A DNA stretch of 51,899 bases, filler included, from Basidioascus undulatus (Eukaryota), in assembly GCA_000826855.1 (NCBI GenBank). It is 3 parts of 3 records of this genome, joined end to end, with 100 filler letters (N's around TTAATTAATTAA, not from the genome) between each part and the next. Parts side by side here need not be neighbours in the genome. Positions count along the whole stretch, not along the records: positions 36,071 to 51,899 come from JTLS01000622.1; 2 more parts are not named here. One strand, 5' to 3'. Under the pieces are notes generated by a model, which was given only the letters and a program-made list of their open reading frames with translations, was not told the DNA's origin and ran no database searches. A program made the position numbers and the translations under genes. Positions 50,110-51,899 of this stretch are shown one piece after another. How positions within the stretch are numbered: position 1 is the first letter of the stretch; every line of letters begins with the position of its first letter.

Positions 50110-51899
50110 GAGCAGGGGGAAGGAAGTGGGGTAGTGCTGCCAGGTGGGGCAGGACTAGCACATGCGTCTGGGTTACTAGCTTACTTTATAGACGAAAACG
50201 TCTCGTCCGTTTTTTTGCTTCCAATACAGGCTGTGCAGTATGAGCGCCTGCCTCTCGGTCCCAGTCCTGCGTGCACCCACAGTCCTCATCGTCCAGCTTT
50301 TTCCAGTGAATAAGTCCATGATAAACAGTCGCGTTGTTCATCTTGAGTTTCAGCGCATTCGCACGTTGCATTCTCAGAAATGTGTATTTGCGGGAATCAT
50401 CGAAATGAATGTCGTGGCCCACTCCATGCCCTGGGAACTACACAGCTCGGGTCAGAGGTAGCGGCAGTGGAACTGCTGTTAGTCTAGCTGGTTTTCCCCG
50501 ATTGTCGAGAAGTCCAGGCTCGTCGGTCGCTGTTCAGCAGATGCTAATGAAGCGGGGTTGGGCTGATGGGCGGGCCTTGCGGTCCTAGGACGCGGGAAGC
50601 CGGCGCAACGGATCGGTCCACCCAACAAGCGACGCAGGCGTGCCCCAGCCGGCCGATGCACCGGCTCAACCCAACCAGATCCAAAGCGCCGCAGTAGCAG
50701 GATTAAAGTGCAAGGACCAGACGATGATCCTCTGGGTCTGCAGTGCAACCAGCACAAATGAAGCTACCAGAAACTCGTCCGCCGTGGTATCAGGCACGCG
50801 GCTGGAGTGTGTATTGCAAGCCATAGGTTTAAGAAGATAGGAGGTGAAATTACCCAGGATATCGCCATAGTGGTGAGGCGGAAAGGATAGGGGGGCAGCC
50901 GGGCAGTGCATAGGGAACATTGTGCGTAATGGACGAGATGAGTCAGGCAGGACCAGGAACGTAGATGGTAAAGGGTGGCAGGGGTCATAAAGGTGTTATC
51001 AGAACTTCAGCTTCTCGGATAAATCGGCAGACCACGATAAAATAGGACCAATGAAGCGGACAGGCCAGCATATGCGTAACGGTGTTGTGACTTTCCCAGT
51101 CCAATGGGTGCAGTGCACGGCGCATAGCAGGTAGAGGTGAGTCATATACCAGAGTGGAGGAACTCAGCACCCGAATATAATAGCAGGTGCGTGGTATAAC
51201 TGTAAGGCCTTTATTCGGGGAAGGCGACAGGGAGACAGCAGGAGAAGTGGGAGCGTGGGGCGAGGAAGTGGAAATGCGCCGGGAAGCACACACAATGCAA
51301 CTCGAAAGAACCAGGACGTCTGGGAATTCAGAAACGGTGTGCTGAGCGGATATATTGACGGACGGACGGAACGGTGCAGCAACATAATTGTGCAAAGTTA
51401 GTAAGAACGGCGGACATGGGTAAAGGTTCAGCATGTCAACGGCACTGCTAGGCATTTGTAAACATCGGAGCAGGGTGCTATAAATGAAAGTCCGAACGTT
51501 TTAGGAGTGCTTGGGTCAGACAGAGGGCTGTGTAGGCCTCGTTAAACGGCGTGCTCTGTGTGGCAGTGGGCACATTCCTTGGGAAGACGCGCAACACAGC
51601 AGGCTCAGTCCGAACAGACAGATCAGGATTCGGGCGCGGGTGAACAGTGCATGATTTAAGCGGTGGATGCATGCATAGAGAGAGAGGGACAGCGGTGGGA
51701 AGTTGCGGTTGGGCGAGAGCGGTTCAGCGGCAAAGAGCGGGGATTGCAGTGGCGGAGGGAGTGGCGAGCGCGGGAAGCAGGACATCAAGGTTGTGGAGTT
51801 TGAGGATGCACGGGGGTGGGAGCGAGCGTGGATGGTGAGGAGGTGGTGAGAGGGGGGTACGTGTACCAGGCAGCGGCGGCGGCGGCGGCGGTGGGGGTG

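Noticed and set aside
50186..51899. Short ORFs and hydrophobic fragments at the window end
   Set aside because: No coherent exon chain or recognisable domain. They may belong to a gene starting beyond the window.

Overview
Intron-rich fungal (most likely basidiomycete) nuclear DNA. It is made of three assembly pieces joined by artificial 100-nt N spacers containing TTAATTAATTAA (20032-20131 and 35971-36070), so gene order across these joins is not evidence of linkage. Piece 1 (1-20031) is a dense housekeeping block: a frameshifted orphan-family gene, ILV3, MED20, FZO1, a small hydrophilic protein, glutathione synthetase, a Vip1-like RRM protein, a repeat island with a clean solo LTR, ELF1, an NSRP1/DUF2040 protein and a truncated CENP-A. 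Piece 2 (20132-35970) holds RPL23/uL14 followed by about 14 kb of decayed sequence (LINE-like and Ty3/Gypsy fragments, a P450 pseudogene, a BTB pseudogene, a disrupted secreted protein) and one apparently intact small Cys-rich membrane protein. Piece 3 (36071-51899) holds GCN5, two F-box-like pseudogenes, a PTS1-bearing SDR, a membrane protein, an M14 zinc carboxypeptidase and a PhyH-family dioxygenase. I cannot support a new multi-gene system. The best leads are RNA-level: an unassigned structured element downstream of MED20, an RPL23 intron that can fold over its own 5' splice site, a long stem in an ILV3 intron, start codons split by introns in two genes, and repeated AAG and GC-AG splice sites. 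All splicing and folding was inferred by eye.
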